From positions 12,575 through 76,574 of the IMG/VR virus record IMGVR_UViG_3300032144_000002: a DNA stretch of 64,000 nucleotides; one strand, given 5' to 3'. The stretch comes from a virus. Lineage: Duplodnaviria; Heunggongvirae; Uroviricota; Caudoviricetes. Both the position numbers and the translations under genes were made by a program. A model generated the notes under the pieces. That model did no database searches. It saw only the letters and a program-made list of their open reading frames with translations, and was not told the DNA's origin. Positions 8,913-18,300 of this stretch are shown piece after piece (the stretch's first letter is position 1; each line of letters starts with the position of its first letter).

Positions 8913-9808
8913 GCCGTTCAGTATCTAGCGAGCTGCAAGCGCATCTTGACAGCGGTATGACGACAACCTGCAGACTGCTGAAGGTTAAATCTGGTGGCGA
9001 TACGCCGGTAATCTTCGGGCTGACCTCACTCGATATCGATGTCGCCTATGACGACGGATCTGGCGACGGCGAGGTCGTGTACTCTGCAACTCGAGGATTC
9101 GATCCCACCGCCATGCGCTCTACTGTTGGGTACGGTATCGACAATGCCGAAGCTAAAGCTCTGTTGTCCGCGGATGTTGAAGGCGTCACCGCCGCTATGG
9201 TAGATGCGGGTGTCTTCGATGACGGCACATGGGTCTGCTATATGGTCAACTACAAAGACTTGACAATGGGGCACATTGAGCTTGGCGGCGGCGATATCGG
9301 TGACATACATACGCGCTACGGTATGGTTTGGATTCCCGAGTTACTAGACACGATGGTTCGATTGAAGCAGCCTGTCGGTGTAGTCACTTCTCGTAAATGT
9401 CGCGCGATCTTCGGTAATCCGGCTACCCAAGAATACCGACAGACTGGCTGCGGCGTCGACGTGTCGGCGATGTGGACCGCCGGAGTAGTTCAGTCCGTGG
9501 ATGGCGCTGAGTCGAACAGAATATTCACTGGCGACGCTCTGGCGACTCCTCATTCGTACCCGGGCCGAGTTCGGTTTACTACCGGTGACAACGTTGGGCG
9601 CGTCTTCGCTGTCGAGGTAGTCACGGGGTTTGAGATAGAGCTCGTTGAGACTACGCCGTATCCAATCCAGGCTGGCGATGAGTATGAGATAAGACCAGAC
9701 TGCGGTAAGCGTTATGAAGAGGACTGCATCGAAGTGTGGAATAATGGCCCGAACTTCAAGGGAGAGCCGTTGATGCCTGACGGAAGCGAAGTGGCGGCAC
9801 CACAATGA
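8891..9808 (+). CDS. DUF2163 / BR0599-family phage tail protein (GTA ORFg13-like); true start may be ATG 8909
   Basis: LQAHLDSGMTTTCRLLKVKSGGDTPVIFGLTSLDIDV resembles TIGR02218 conserved N-terminus; conserved gene order. Confidence 0.7.
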   Translation: MRGYRSMSRSVSSELQAHLDSGMTTTCRLLKVKSGGDTPVIFGLTSLDIDVAYDDGSGDGEVVYSATRGFDPTAMRSTVGYGIDNAEAKALLSADVEGVTAAMVDAGVFDDGTWVCYMVNYKDLTMGHIELGGGDIGDIHTRYGMVWIPELLDTMVRLKQPVGVVTSRKCRAIFGNPATQEYRQTGCGVDVSAMWTAGVVQSVDGAESNRIFTGDALATPHSYPGRVRFTTGDNVGRVFAVEVVTGFEIELVETTPYPIQAGDEYEIRPDCGKRYEEDCIEVWNNGPNFKGEPLMPDGSEVAAPQ

Positions 9809-10227
9809 TCGCAGAAGACTTCGCAATGGCGGCCAAGACTTTTGTTGGCGCAAGATGGCGACACCGTGGACGTCAGCCCGGCGCAATGGATTGTCTCGGG
9901 CTGCTGTATCTGTCATCGGTCGCCGCTGGTGCGCCGTTTGAAGATGTGCGTGGCTACGGCCGGGAACCTTGGGACAATCAATTAACCACGGAGCTTGAAC
10001 GGCGATTTGGACTGCCGCTGTCTCTCAAGGACGTCAGAGTCGGGGATATCGCTCTGATCCGATGGGGGCTTGCTGAGCCGTCACATGTCGGCATTGTCAG
10101 TCGCCATCCAGACGGCGGTCTCACGTTGGTTCATGTACACACACTACTCGGATGCGTAGAGCAATCTTTAGTCGAGCCGATCTCAAGAGCGGTAGTCGCG
10201 GTGTACCGCCCGTGGGGTGACGAATGA
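9805..10227 (+). CDS. NlpC/P60-family cell-wall peptidase (GTA ORFg14-like tail-associated lysin)
   Basis: Catalytic Cys in GAMDCLGLLY and downstream His (SHVGIV, HVHT); ATGA overlap; canonical position. Confidence 0.7.
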   Translation: MIAEDFAMAAKTFVGARWRHRGRQPGAMDCLGLLYLSSVAAGAPFEDVRGYGREPWDNQLTTELERRFGLPLSLKDVRVGDIALIRWGLAEPSHVGIVSRHPDGGLTLVHVHTLLGCVEQSLVEPISRAVVAVYRPWGDE

Positions 10228-12461
10228 GCACCAGAGTCGTAATAGGTGGTCTTGGCGCTGCCGTAGGATTTGTCGTAGGCGGTGGTCCACAAGGAGCCAT
10301 GTGGGGATGGCAGATTGGTTCGATGATCGGCAATGTCGTGGATCCACAGATTATCAAAGGACCTTCTGTCGGCGACGTCAGCCAGCAGACTAGCCAGGAA
10401 GGAATCCCGATTCCCATCACATACGGTCTGTCGCCGCCAATCGCAGGGAACATTTCCGCGGCCGCGCCGCCAAATATCGTGCGCTCGCGTGAGAGCGGTA
10501 AGGGCGGGCCGAAGTACGAAACCGAAACTATTTACCGGACCTACGCCATCAATTTCTGTGAAGGACCAATCGGTGGGTTCAGACGAGTCTGGCGAAACAA
10601 TGTCAAGGTATACGACATTGATGACCCTGTTTTCAACTTGGGTATAGACTTTTCTGACGTCATTGATGGCGCGGTCATTGAATCTAGAAATACGAAGTTT
10701 CTGCAGAAGGCGCGCTTCTTCCTCGGCACGTATTCTCAAGCTGCGTCAACTGATCTTGAGGCAGTGTTCGGGGTCGGGGCTACGCCGGCGCATCGCGGCA
10801 TCGCTTACATGGTCATCGTCGACGAGGATACGACGGCTGAGGGCGGGATCATCCCGTACTGGCAGGCGCAGGTAGACGCCACGGCGCCAGCAGTGCTTAC
10901 GAATCCAACGCCGCTCGGTGTGCAAGATGACATCACGCCGGTAGAAATCGGCGCGGTGACTTCGCAGGTATCTGGAACTTTCTACGTTGTTGTTGGTCTT
11001 GGCTCTGATCTCGTTGGAGTCACAGCCGCGCAGATCAAAGCTGGACAGAAAGCTAATGGCGCGGCAGCCATCGCCGCCGAAGATTCTTCGGTGGGCGACA
11101 GCACGCCGAGCGTTTCAATCTCTGGATTGTCAGCCGGGCTGTTGTACAAGTTCGCTGCCGTGCAGGAGAACGCCAACGGGTTCAGCAATCTTGTATACGG
11201 CAATTTCAAGGAATTGAACCTGCCGACATTGACATCTCCAGTGCCGTCTGGGGAACTTGAAGACATGACCGAGGCTACGGTCGGTGCTACTACCGATCAG
11301 GTTGCTGGTGGTATCTATATTGTCTTAGGAACCGGCTCGACGCTTACGGGGATCACTGCCGCGCAGATCCTTGACGGGCGACAGGCAAACGGAGCGCCAG
11401 CGCAGCATGCGGCAAACGATTTCGTAAGTAGCTCGACGCCAACTATCCATTTCGAGGGGTTGAACGTTGGTACGCTGTATCATTACGCGATAGTTCAGCA
11501 GACTACTGTAGGACTTAGTAACGTGGTGACCGGTGAATTTACGACGTGGGACGGTCTCGCGCCTCCTGGTGAGGTTGAATATACGGAGGACGGTACGTGG
11601 AATAAACCAGCGAACCTCGACTACATCATCGTTACGTTGATCGGTGCTGGTGGCGGCGGTGGCTCCGGCAACGTTACTAACAATATCAGTAACGGTAGTA
11701 TGACGCCGCGTAATGGCGGTGGAAGCGGCGCGTACAGAAGAGTCCAGATTTACGAAGCTTACCTGCCTTCCTCTATGCCGGTAATCGTCGGTGTTGGTGG
11801 TGCTGGAGCATCGGCCAATACTGCGTCCCCACCCGGCGGAGGTACACCGACCGTCGCTGGCTCGGATGGAACGAGAGGAACAGCGTCCATTTTTGGTGAC
11901 GTCGCCAGTGGCGCGGCTAACAAGTATTTTGCGGCGGGTGGGTATGACCCTAGCATCGGCATCAATACGCAAGGCGGCGCAGCGACGTCGTGGACGTTTG
12001 GGCAGTACGTAAACTTAGAGGTATATCAGGGCTCTCCGTCGTCAGGCAACCCCGGTCTCAAGGCGGCAGGTGGCGGGGGCGGGGGTGGCAACGTTTCCGT
12101 TAGCAGCGGTACGCCGATCCCTGTTGCGGGTGGAACTGGGGTTAACTGCGACAACCATGCTGTCAATGGTGGAACTGGAGGAACTGGAGGAACGTGGATG
12201 GGCGGTGACGGGTCAGTAGGCGGGTCGTCGTCTGACCCCGTAGCCGGTGGCGGCGGTGGCGGCGGTGGTGGCGCTGGCATCGTAGGATCAGGATCGGTCG
12301 CAGGCAACGGTGCCGACGGCGGAACTCCTGGTGGCGGCGGCGGTACAGGAGGCAATTGCCTGCTTAGTTCTAGCGGCGTCGGTAGTGGGTCAGGAACTGG
12401 CGGCGCCGGCGGTCGCGGTGGCGATGGTCGCGTTATCATCGAGCATTTTTACCTACCCTAG
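10224..12461 (+). CDS. Tail/baseplate hub-like protein: GTA-type N-terminal domain, two tandem ~100-aa FN3-like repeats, long C-terminal glycine-rich domain
   Basis: N-terminus IPIPITYG...IYRTYAINFCEGPI like GTA g15/lambda J N-region; repeats TPVEIGAVTSQVSGTFYVVVGLGS...LLYKFAAVQ and TEATVGATTDQVAGGIYIVLGTGS...LYHYAIVQ; residues about 470-740 are >40% Gly. Confidence 0.6.
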   Translation: MSTRVVIGGLGAAVGFVVGGGPQGAMWGWQIGSMIGNVVDPQIIKGPSVGDVSQQTSQEGIPIPITYGLSPPIAGNISAAAPPNIVRSRESGKGGPKYETETIYRTYAINFCEGPIGGFRRVWRNNVKVYDIDDPVFNLGIDFSDVIDGAVIESRNTKFLQKARFFLGTYSQAASTDLEAVFGVGATPAHRGIAYMVIVDEDTTAEGGIIPYWQAQVDATAPAVLTNPTPLGVQDDITPVEIGAVTSQVSGTFYVVVGLGSDLVGVTAAQIKAGQKANGAAAIAAEDSSVGDSTPSVSISGLSAGLLYKFAAVQENANGFSNLVYGNFKELNLPTLTSPVPSGELEDMTEATVGATTDQVAGGIYIVLGTGSTLTGITAAQILDGRQANGAPAQHAANDFVSSSTPTIHFEGLNVGTLYHYAIVQQTTVGLSNVVTGEFTTWDGLAPPGEVEYTEDGTWNKPANLDYIIVTLIGAGGGGGSGNVTNNISNGSMTPRNGGGSGAYRRVQIYEAYLPSSMPVIVGVGGAGASANTASPPGGGTPTVAGSDGTRGTASIFGDVASGAANKYFAAGGYDPSIGINTQGGAATSWTFGQYVNLEVYQGSPSSGNPGLKAAGGGGGGGNVSVSSGTPIPVAGGTGVNCDNHAVNGGTGGTGGTWMGGDGSVGGSSSDPVAGGGGGGGGGAGIVGSGSVAGNGADGGTPGGGGGTGGNCLLSSSGVGSGSGTGGAGGRGGDGRVIIEHFYLP

Positions 12462-12472
12462 GACACGGACAC

Positions 12473-14098
12473 ATGCCGACACTTCAGGAAATCTGCAGCG
12501 ATATCTGTACCCGCGCTGGTGTCACTTCAGATCTGGTCGACGTTACTGGCTTGCCGGATGTAGACGTAGACGGATTCGTAATGACCAATCAGTATCCGGC
12601 GTCACAGGCGTTGCAGGCGCTCGGGCAGATTTTTCTATTTGACGTCGCTAAGTACGACGGCAAGATTCGTTTCATACCACGCGGTGGTAACTCAGTCGCT
12701 ACTATCGCAGAATCGCAGCTCGTTGAAGATGAAGCGGAGATAGAAAGCCAGAAGCGCGGCGACTCTGTAGCCGTGCCGCGCACACTGCACTTGGCATACT
12801 ACGATACAGATAGTGACGCTCTGTCACCGCATAAACAAAGTAGCGATTTGACAGAGCACCGCAGATCTGTTGGTGAGATGGTCATCGACTCTGCTGTGGT
12901 GATGGACAAGGATCGCGCCGCTCGTACCGTGGTCATTGCGCACAAAGTAGCGCTAGAGGATAGAAAAGGGGAACTGAATTTTAGTCTGCCGGACAATTAC
13001 ATCTGGCTGACGCCTGCTGATATCGTTATCCTGCAGCACGATGGTAAGAGTGAGCGGATTCGGTTGCAGCAGGAAGATGTCATGGATGGATACCAGCAGT
13101 ACATAGCGCTACGCGACAGACAGAGCGCGGTGACTTCTGTTGTCGAAGGTATTCCGCCACCGATCATCGCACCGCCCCCATCCGAAGTCGTTGGTCCTAC
13201 ACTGGTACTGCCGATTGATATTCCGCTGCTTTCGGATACTGATGACGTGACTGGCTTGATGACCTACGCTGGCGTCACTGGGTTCACGGATGACTGGGCC
13301 GGAGCACTGGTTGAAATGTCACGTGACGGTGGATCGAATTACACTGAAAGCCGAAATGCGCCAGTAGCGGCTACTATCGGTGAGCTGACTAGCGTGCTGC
13401 CGAATCATCCTGCTGAGTATCCGGATGATACGCATGAATTCAGTGTCGAGCTCTACATGCCCGACGCAGAGCTGATTGAATCAACGTTCGAAGGGATGCT
13501 GAACGGTGAGAATCTCATAGCGATTGGCTCGCCGACGCTGGGCTGGGAACTATTGAACTTCTCTTCGGCCCAACAGAATGATACCAGCCCGCAGGTGTGG
13601 AACATATCCGGGCTATTGCGCGGGCGTAAGCATAGCGGTACTAGAGAGCACGCGGTTGGCGAATACTTTGTTGTTCTTGATCGTTCTAAGCTAGGTATCG
13701 TTCCGCTCGGTGTCGCGGATATCAGACGAGACCTGATGTTCAGAGCGACCAGCGCTGGCGAGGCGCTACCGACGTCGCCGGTGTCGATGGAATTCGTTGG
13801 TAAGACCCAAACCGAATATCCGGTAGGCTACCTGACTGCTGAGCGTGATGGGGCTGACATTCTTGTAGATTGGCAGGGAGCGCCGCGTCTCGGTTCTTGG
13901 ATGTCGGTGGCCAACGGAGTTAGCTTTGTAGGGTACAGAGTCACGGCTACGGACGGCGTCGATACGGTCACAGTTGATACACTGACGCCAGGAGCCACAG
14001 TCGATGCGTCTGGTCTCAGCGGCGAGGTTACGATTTCAGTTTCTGCGCGTAACAGTTTGACCGGGCTTGGCCCGGCTTCGGAGGTGATTGTTCCATGA
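12473..14098 (+). CDS. Host specificity / central tail fiber protein (Phage-tail_3, lambda J-like middle region)
   Basis: 541 aa directly after hub-like protein; conserved segments DVTGLPDVDVDGFVMTNQ, YIWLTPADIVILQHDG typical of GTA g15/J-like proteins. Confidence 0.55.
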   Translation: MPTLQEICSDICTRAGVTSDLVDVTGLPDVDVDGFVMTNQYPASQALQALGQIFLFDVAKYDGKIRFIPRGGNSVATIAESQLVEDEAEIESQKRGDSVAVPRTLHLAYYDTDSDALSPHKQSSDLTEHRRSVGEMVIDSAVVMDKDRAARTVVIAHKVALEDRKGELNFSLPDNYIWLTPADIVILQHDGKSERIRLQQEDVMDGYQQYIALRDRQSAVTSVVEGIPPPIIAPPPSEVVGPTLVLPIDIPLLSDTDDVTGLMTYAGVTGFTDDWAGALVEMSRDGGSNYTESRNAPVAATIGELTSVLPNHPAEYPDDTHEFSVELYMPDAELIESTFEGMLNGENLIAIGSPTLGWELLNFSSAQQNDTSPQVWNISGLLRGRKHSGTREHAVGEYFVVLDRSKLGIVPLGVADIRRDLMFRATSAGEALPTSPVSMEFVGKTQTEYPVGYLTAERDGADILVDWQGAPRLGSWMSVANGVSFVGYRVTATDGVDTVTVDTLTPGATVDASGLSGEVTISVSARNSLTGLGPASEVIVP

Positions 14099-14448
14099 GC
14101 ACGTACACAGAAATTCCATACATACCGGAGAACACGGATGATCCGGTCGCGGCGCTTAATCTAGCGCTTCGTGTAATCCGAGCGCTCACGCAAACATGCG
14201 TCATAAGCATGGCGTTGACTGCACCTCCTGGTAGCGTTAACGACGGCGACAAGTACATTGTGGGTAGCGGAGCTACCGGGGACTGGGCAGGCATGGACGG
14301 CTATCTCGCGGAATACGTCGCACTGAGCGATACGTGGGATTTCTTCGCGCCCGGTACGCTCGCTAATTTCGTCGTCAATCTTGCGGATGGTAAGGCGTAT
14401 TACCATGATGCTGATGGCTCGCCTTCGGAGTGGATAGAACTGACTTGA
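14095..14448 (+). CDS. Small conserved tail-associated protein (unknown function)
   Basis: 117 aa, ATGA overlap with host specificity gene; YIVGSGATGDWAGMDGY motif. Confidence 0.35.
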   Translation: MSTYTEIPYIPENTDDPVAALNLALRVIRALTQTCVISMALTAPPGSVNDGDKYIVGSGATGDWAGMDGYLAEYVALSDTWDFFAPGTLANFVVNLADGKAYYHDADGSPSEWIELT

Positions 14449-14463
14449 TTTGCGGAGAAGTCC

Positions 14464-14889
14464 ATGCCTGATAAGCTCGGTCTCTTGTCTGAAGGGTTTA
14501 AACTCAACACAGAGGAGCGCGGATTGATTATCCGCGTACTATGGGTGGTCATTGTGACTGTCAACATTTTCTGGTTCCATGGATGGCTGGCTTTCGCGGG
14601 GCTGGCGTCGCCATTCGCGACGGCCACTGACGTGAAGAAGGTCGAGGAAGCTGTAGTCGCCAGCACACAGCCGCTAGCTGCGGGATTCAAGGCGAACATA
14701 GAAGCCGCGATCATCGCTCTCGAAGAAGACATTGATGTCATGAGCGCACGGCAAGCAGCCGCGCCTTCTCAATGGACTGAACTCGACCAGCGAATACTCA
14801 GCAGAAAGAGACAGCAGTTGGCGAGCCAGAGAAGCGCGCTCGCTGCGATCGTAGAGTCTCAGGTAGAGTCGAAGAAGACTGCAAGATGA
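14464..14889 (+). CDS. Membrane protein (one or two N-terminal TM helices plus coiled-coil tail)
   Basis: IIRVLWVVIVTVNIFWFHGWLAFAGLAS hydrophobic segment; RBS GGAGAAG upstream. Confidence 0.35.
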   Translation: MPDKLGLLSEGFKLNTEERGLIIRVLWVVIVTVNIFWFHGWLAFAGLASPFATATDVKKVEEAVVASTQPLAAGFKANIEAAIIALEEDIDVMSARQAAAPSQWTELDQRILSRKRQQLASQRSALAAIVESQVESKKTAR

Positions 14890-15488
14890 CCGTCAAGTGC
14901 TTCTTGGTTAAGCCGGTAGGTCGCGTGCGTCTTTACGCGCGGCGCTACCGGCTCTCGTCAAAAGACGCGTGTCCCGGCAAGATGTCCTACCACGACGAAA
15001 GGGTCCTCATAGACACGGTGCCTGCATCCGTTGTCGACGGTGTACTGAAGTACGATGAGCCAGTACTCGCCGAGGATGATCAACGTTGGCCAGCCGCTTG
15101 CAACTGTGGCCGCGCGTTTACCGCCGATGACGAGCGCCAGATCTTTGCCGAAGAAATCTACGCCGACGAGAAGGGACGCGAGTACGTCCTGTCTGACAAC
15201 ATTCCAGGCATGATGTACGACGCTACGTGGATGCACGACCACAAAGCGTTCTGTGGACCGGATGGCAGATCTATCCATGTCGTTTGTCCAGATGGCCACG
15301 CATGGTGCATTGATTCGCGGTGTCGCAATTGTACGCTGCCGAATGACAACGAGCACAAGTGCTGGGTTCGGCACGGAGAGCCGCCGGTGATTACAGTCAA
15401 CAAGAAGGGCAAGACCTGTTCTGCTGGCGGCGGATCGATTGACACAGGAACCTACCACGGGTTTCTACAGGATGGAAAGTTCACATGA
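14886..15488 (+). CDS. Cysteine-rich hypothetical protein (putative metal-binding)
   Basis: About 14 Cys and several His in 200 aa (CNCGRAF, CGPDGRSIHVVCPDGHAWCIDSRCRNC); overlaps neighbours by 4 nt. Confidence 0.35.
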   Translation: MTVKCFLVKPVGRVRLYARRYRLSSKDACPGKMSYHDERVLIDTVPASVVDGVLKYDEPVLAEDDQRWPAACNCGRAFTADDERQIFAEEIYADEKGREYVLSDNIPGMMYDATWMHDHKAFCGPDGRSIHVVCPDGHAWCIDSRCRNCTLPNDNEHKCWVRHGEPPVITVNKKGKTCSAGGGSIDTGTYHGFLQDGKFT

Positions 15489-16093
15489 GTAAGGCGATGG
15501 TCGGACCGGTTCGCGGGTTTGAGTGGGAGCTATGGAAGCGGTGGCTTAAACCCGGCGCCTCAATTCTTGAGCTCGGCAACAAAAAGAACTCGGTAGGAGT
15601 CTACAAGCCGTTCCTAGAATCGCTAGGATATCGACATGTCAGCGTCGATATCAATGGGCTCGATGGCGCAATCCCACTTGATCTACGCGAGCCGGTCCGG
15701 CCAGAGCTTGCAGCGCTCGGGCTGCCAATTGAATACGATGTCTTGACGAACAGCGGCGTCATCGAACACGTCATCCCAAATCAAGCGGCAGCGTGGCGCA
15801 ACGCTTTCGAGCTTGTCAAAGTCGGCGGAGTACAGATCCACGTTACGCCGGCGGCTGGGCACTGGATCGCGCATGGTCTGTATCATCCCACCGAAGAATT
15901 CTTCAGGCAGATGGTCGCTCTCAACGGAATGAGCCTACTCTTCATGGATGAGTATCGCTGGACAAAGGGTAAGGTTCTCACTCGTGCCGTGCTTAGGAAG
16001 GAGCATGACAGCGCGTTCAATTACCCGGGTGACGAGCATCTTTTCAAGACGCCCGACTGCATAGAATTAGAAAGCAGAGGAGAAGGACAGTGA
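15485..16093 (+). CDS. Class I SAM-dependent methyltransferase
   Basis: ILELGNKKN glycine-rich SAM loop, VLTNSGVIEHV motif II-like segment, 202 aa. Confidence 0.5.
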   Translation: MSKAMVGPVRGFEWELWKRWLKPGASILELGNKKNSVGVYKPFLESLGYRHVSVDINGLDGAIPLDLREPVRPELAALGLPIEYDVLTNSGVIEHVIPNQAAAWRNAFELVKVGGVQIHVTPAAGHWIAHGLYHPTEEFFRQMVALNGMSLLFMDEYRWTKGKVLTRAVLRKEHDSAFNYPGDEHLFKTPDCIELESRGEGQ

Positions 16094-16674
16094 AGGGATT
16101 GACTTCTGATGACTTCAAGATCGCGGCCGGTATCCTAGGCACTAATGTCTACGCCGTCATGGCGGTGGCAGAAGTGGAGGCTGCTGGTAGCGGGTTCTTT
16201 CCGAACGGCCAGCCGAAGATTCTGTTTGAAGCGCATATTTTCAGTCGCCTCACGAATCACCGGTATGACCTCACTCATCCGAATATCTCGTCACCGAAGT
16301 GGAGCAAGGTGCTGTACCTCGGTGGTGCCCAAGAACACACGCGTCTGCAGGCAGCGGTAACGCTCGACCGCGACGCTGCTCTACAGTCTGCGTCGTGGGG
16401 GATGTTCCAGATCATGGGGTTCAATTACACACGATGTGGTATGCCTGATCTTCAGACATTCATCAACCGGATGTACGAATCCGAAGGGCAGCAGCTTCGG
16501 TTATTCTGTAATTTCGTCGTGTCGATGGGACTGGCTGACGAGCTTCAGCGGAATGACTGGGCTGGCTTCGCGCGCGTGTACAACGGGCCGAGCTACGCAG
16601 AGAACCAGTATGACACCAAACTGTCGCGCGCGTATACGCGGCTTACGAATGCTGAGACTGCGGTAGCCAGATGA
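16090..16674 (+). CDS. Endolysin, N-acetylmuramidase of the DUF3380 family
   Basis: SWGMFQIMGFNY and YNGPSYAENQYDTKL are signature segments of DUF3380 muramidases; followed by holin and spanins. Confidence 0.7.
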   Translation: MKGLTSDDFKIAAGILGTNVYAVMAVAEVEAAGSGFFPNGQPKILFEAHIFSRLTNHRYDLTHPNISSPKWSKVLYLGGAQEHTRLQAAVTLDRDAALQSASWGMFQIMGFNYTRCGMPDLQTFINRMYESEGQQLRLFCNFVVSMGLADELQRNDWAGFARVYNGPSYAENQYDTKLSRAYTRLTNAETAVAR

Positions 16675-16913
16675 TGAACAGCAACAGACTTGTAGCGGCA
16701 GCGCAGATCGCGCTGTCAATTGTCTACACGTGGGGATACTTTGATGTTCTGAAGATATTCCTCGAAGGGCGCGTGAAGACCCCGAGTGAATGGAAAGATG
16801 TTGTGACTGCGTTGATAACGCTGCTGACTGCCGGAGTCTTGATGATTCTGCAGTTCTGGTTCCTTCGCAGTCGCCAGCAGGAGGCGCCGCCGGCGCCGAA
16901 AGAATTGGGTTGA
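16671..16913 (+). CDS. Holin (class II, two TM helices)
   Basis: 80 aa with two hydrophobic helices and charged C-terminus; ATGA-coupled to endolysin. Confidence 0.55.
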   Translation: MMNSNRLVAAAQIALSIVYTWGYFDVLKIFLEGRVKTPSEWKDVVTALITLLTAGVLMILQFWFLRSRQQEAPPAPKELG

Positions 16914-16945
16914 GTAGTAAAGTGTGGAAGTAAAGGAGAGATGAC

Positions 16946-17782
16946 ATGTGGCTCATTTGGATGTTGATTGGTGCTGCTCTCGGTTTCGTGGGAGCGTTGG
17001 TCTGGGAACGTATCGCGCCGAACAAGGTCGACAAGTTCGTCGCGAAGCACGAGGCTGAGATCAAGGAATCACTGGTGAAGAAGGGAGTGCTGAAGGCTGT
17101 GGCCGTGTTCGGTGTCGCGTGCATGCTGGCCAGTCTGGCGGCGCAAGCTACCAATACGCCTCCGCCAGCGGAGAAGCCGGTGGCCAACGCGAATGCGAAC
17201 GCATACGCTGGCGCAAAGTCCCACGCCGACGCGGATGCAACCGCTACGCAGAGCCAGACTGTTACTGTCACGCCTACTGCGAATGGCGGTGCCGGTGGCG
17301 CTGGCGGTGCTGCGGACGCCAATGCATCGCAGGAGCAGAGCGCTTACTCCGGTGACGTCAGCAACGATATCTCGTACAGCAGTTCGTACACGGAGCGACG
17401 GCAGGCCCCGTCAATCAGTGCGCCGACTGTTTACGCGAGCGGCAGTTGCTCTTACGGATGGTCGGTCGGTCTGAGCCTTCCGGGCGGGGGTGCTTCTGGC
17501 GGCAAGTCGACGCCGGACAAGGACTGCAACCGCCGCGAGCTCGCACGCATGGTGGCGCCATTGAACCCGTGGCTAGCATTGAAGGTGCTGTGCGAGGACC
17601 CGATTATCGTAGAGATGCGTCTGCGCAATCTGTCGTCGGAGCTGGACTGCGAGTACGTTCCACCAAAGCCGACAGTAGCAGCGGCGACGCCCGTCGAACC
17701 ACCGAAGGCCGAGCGTGAGTACAAGGACTACGTGACGCGGCCTGAGATGGAAGAGGTCATAAGGCGGTCTCTGTCCAAGTGA
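16946..17782 (+). CDS. Membrane protein in lysis cassette (two N-terminal TM helices, low-complexity Ala/Asn/Gly-rich and Cys-containing C-terminal region); function unknown
   Basis: Strong RBS AAAGGAGAG; TM helices LIWMLIGAALGFVGALVW and VLKAVAVFGVACMLASLAAQA. Confidence 0.35.
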   Translation: MWLIWMLIGAALGFVGALVWERIAPNKVDKFVAKHEAEIKESLVKKGVLKAVAVFGVACMLASLAAQATNTPPPAEKPVANANANAYAGAKSHADADATATQSQTVTVTPTANGGAGGAGGAADANASQEQSAYSGDVSNDISYSSSYTERRQAPSISAPTVYASGSCSYGWSVGLSLPGGGASGGKSTPDKDCNRRELARMVAPLNPWLALKVLCEDPIIVEMRLRNLSSELDCEYVPPKPTVAAATPVEPPKAEREYKDYVTRPEMEEVIRRSLSK

Positions 17783-18258
17783 ACAGAGTCGCGCTGATCG
17801 TCGCTGCTGTCATCATTGCCGGACTGGCTATCGCGTGGCGCACTGATCGTGCCAAGTACGGAAGTCAACGGTTCGATGACGGCAAGGCGGAAGTTCAAGC
17901 GCAATGGGATGCGTCGGTGGTCAAGGCTACTGCCGATGCTCTCGTTGAAGAGGAACGAAGGAGACTATACAATGCGAGTGTTCTCGAGGAGCGCGATGCG
18001 AGGCTTGCTGCCGCTGCTGGTCGCGCCGATGATCTTGAGCGTCGGTTGCGGCGGGCACTTGCCCGCTCGTGTAGCAGCGGTGTGCCCCAAGCTGGAAGTC
18101 AGCCCGGAGCTTCTGTCGGAGTCGTCGATTCAGGAAGCGACGAGAGCGAGGGAGGAGCTTCTGAAATCGTTGCCCGAATGAAGCGGTATGACGCGGCGTG
18201 CTTGACGCTGATCGAGGATCACAGCGCCTTGATCAAGGAAGTCAAACCGCAAATGTGA
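17779..18258 (+). CDS. i-spanin (Rz-like), GTG start overlapping upstream stop
   Basis: N-terminal TM helix then highly charged coiled coil (EERRRLYNASVLEERDARLAAAAGRADDLERRLRR); contains embedded lipoprotein ORF in +1 frame. Confidence 0.6.
   Translation: MNRVALIVAAVIIAGLAIAWRTDRAKYGSQRFDDGKAEVQAQWDASVVKATADALVEEERRRLYNASVLEERDARLAAAAGRADDLERRLRRALARSCSSGVPQAGSQPGASVGVVDSGSDESEGGASEIVARMKRYDAACLTLIEDHSALIKEVKPQM
17972..18181 (+). CDS. o-spanin (Rz1-like outer-membrane lipoprotein) embedded in i-spanin gene
   Basis: MRVFSRSAMRGLLPLLVAPMILSVGCGG signal peptide with lipobox-like SVGC; GGAG RBS about 10 nt upstream of ATG 17972; entirely within 17779-18258 in another frame. Confidence 0.5.
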   Translation: MRVFSRSAMRGLLPLLVAPMILSVGCGGHLPARVAAVCPKLEVSPELLSESSIQEATRAREELLKSLPE

Positions 18259-18273
18259 GCGGGCAAAATCAAA

Positions 18274-18300
18274 GGCCCTCAGCCATGCGGGCTGAGGGCC
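18274..18300. terminator. Bidirectional intrinsic terminator between convergent arms
   Basis: Perfect 11-bp GC stem GGCCCTCAGCC-atgcg-GGCTGAGGGCC; on the minus strand it is followed by TTTGATTTTGCC (U-run), on the plus strand by TTGAT. Confidence 0.6.

Noticed and set aside
12026-12439. Minus-strand Pro-rich ORF (137 aa)
   Set aside because: Antisense of the GGN-rich glycine domain of the tail protein; poly-Pro is the expected artefact
16501-17322. Minus-strand 273-aa Ala/Pro-rich ORF
   Set aside because: Antisense to holin and lysis-cassette genes; no RBS; low complexity
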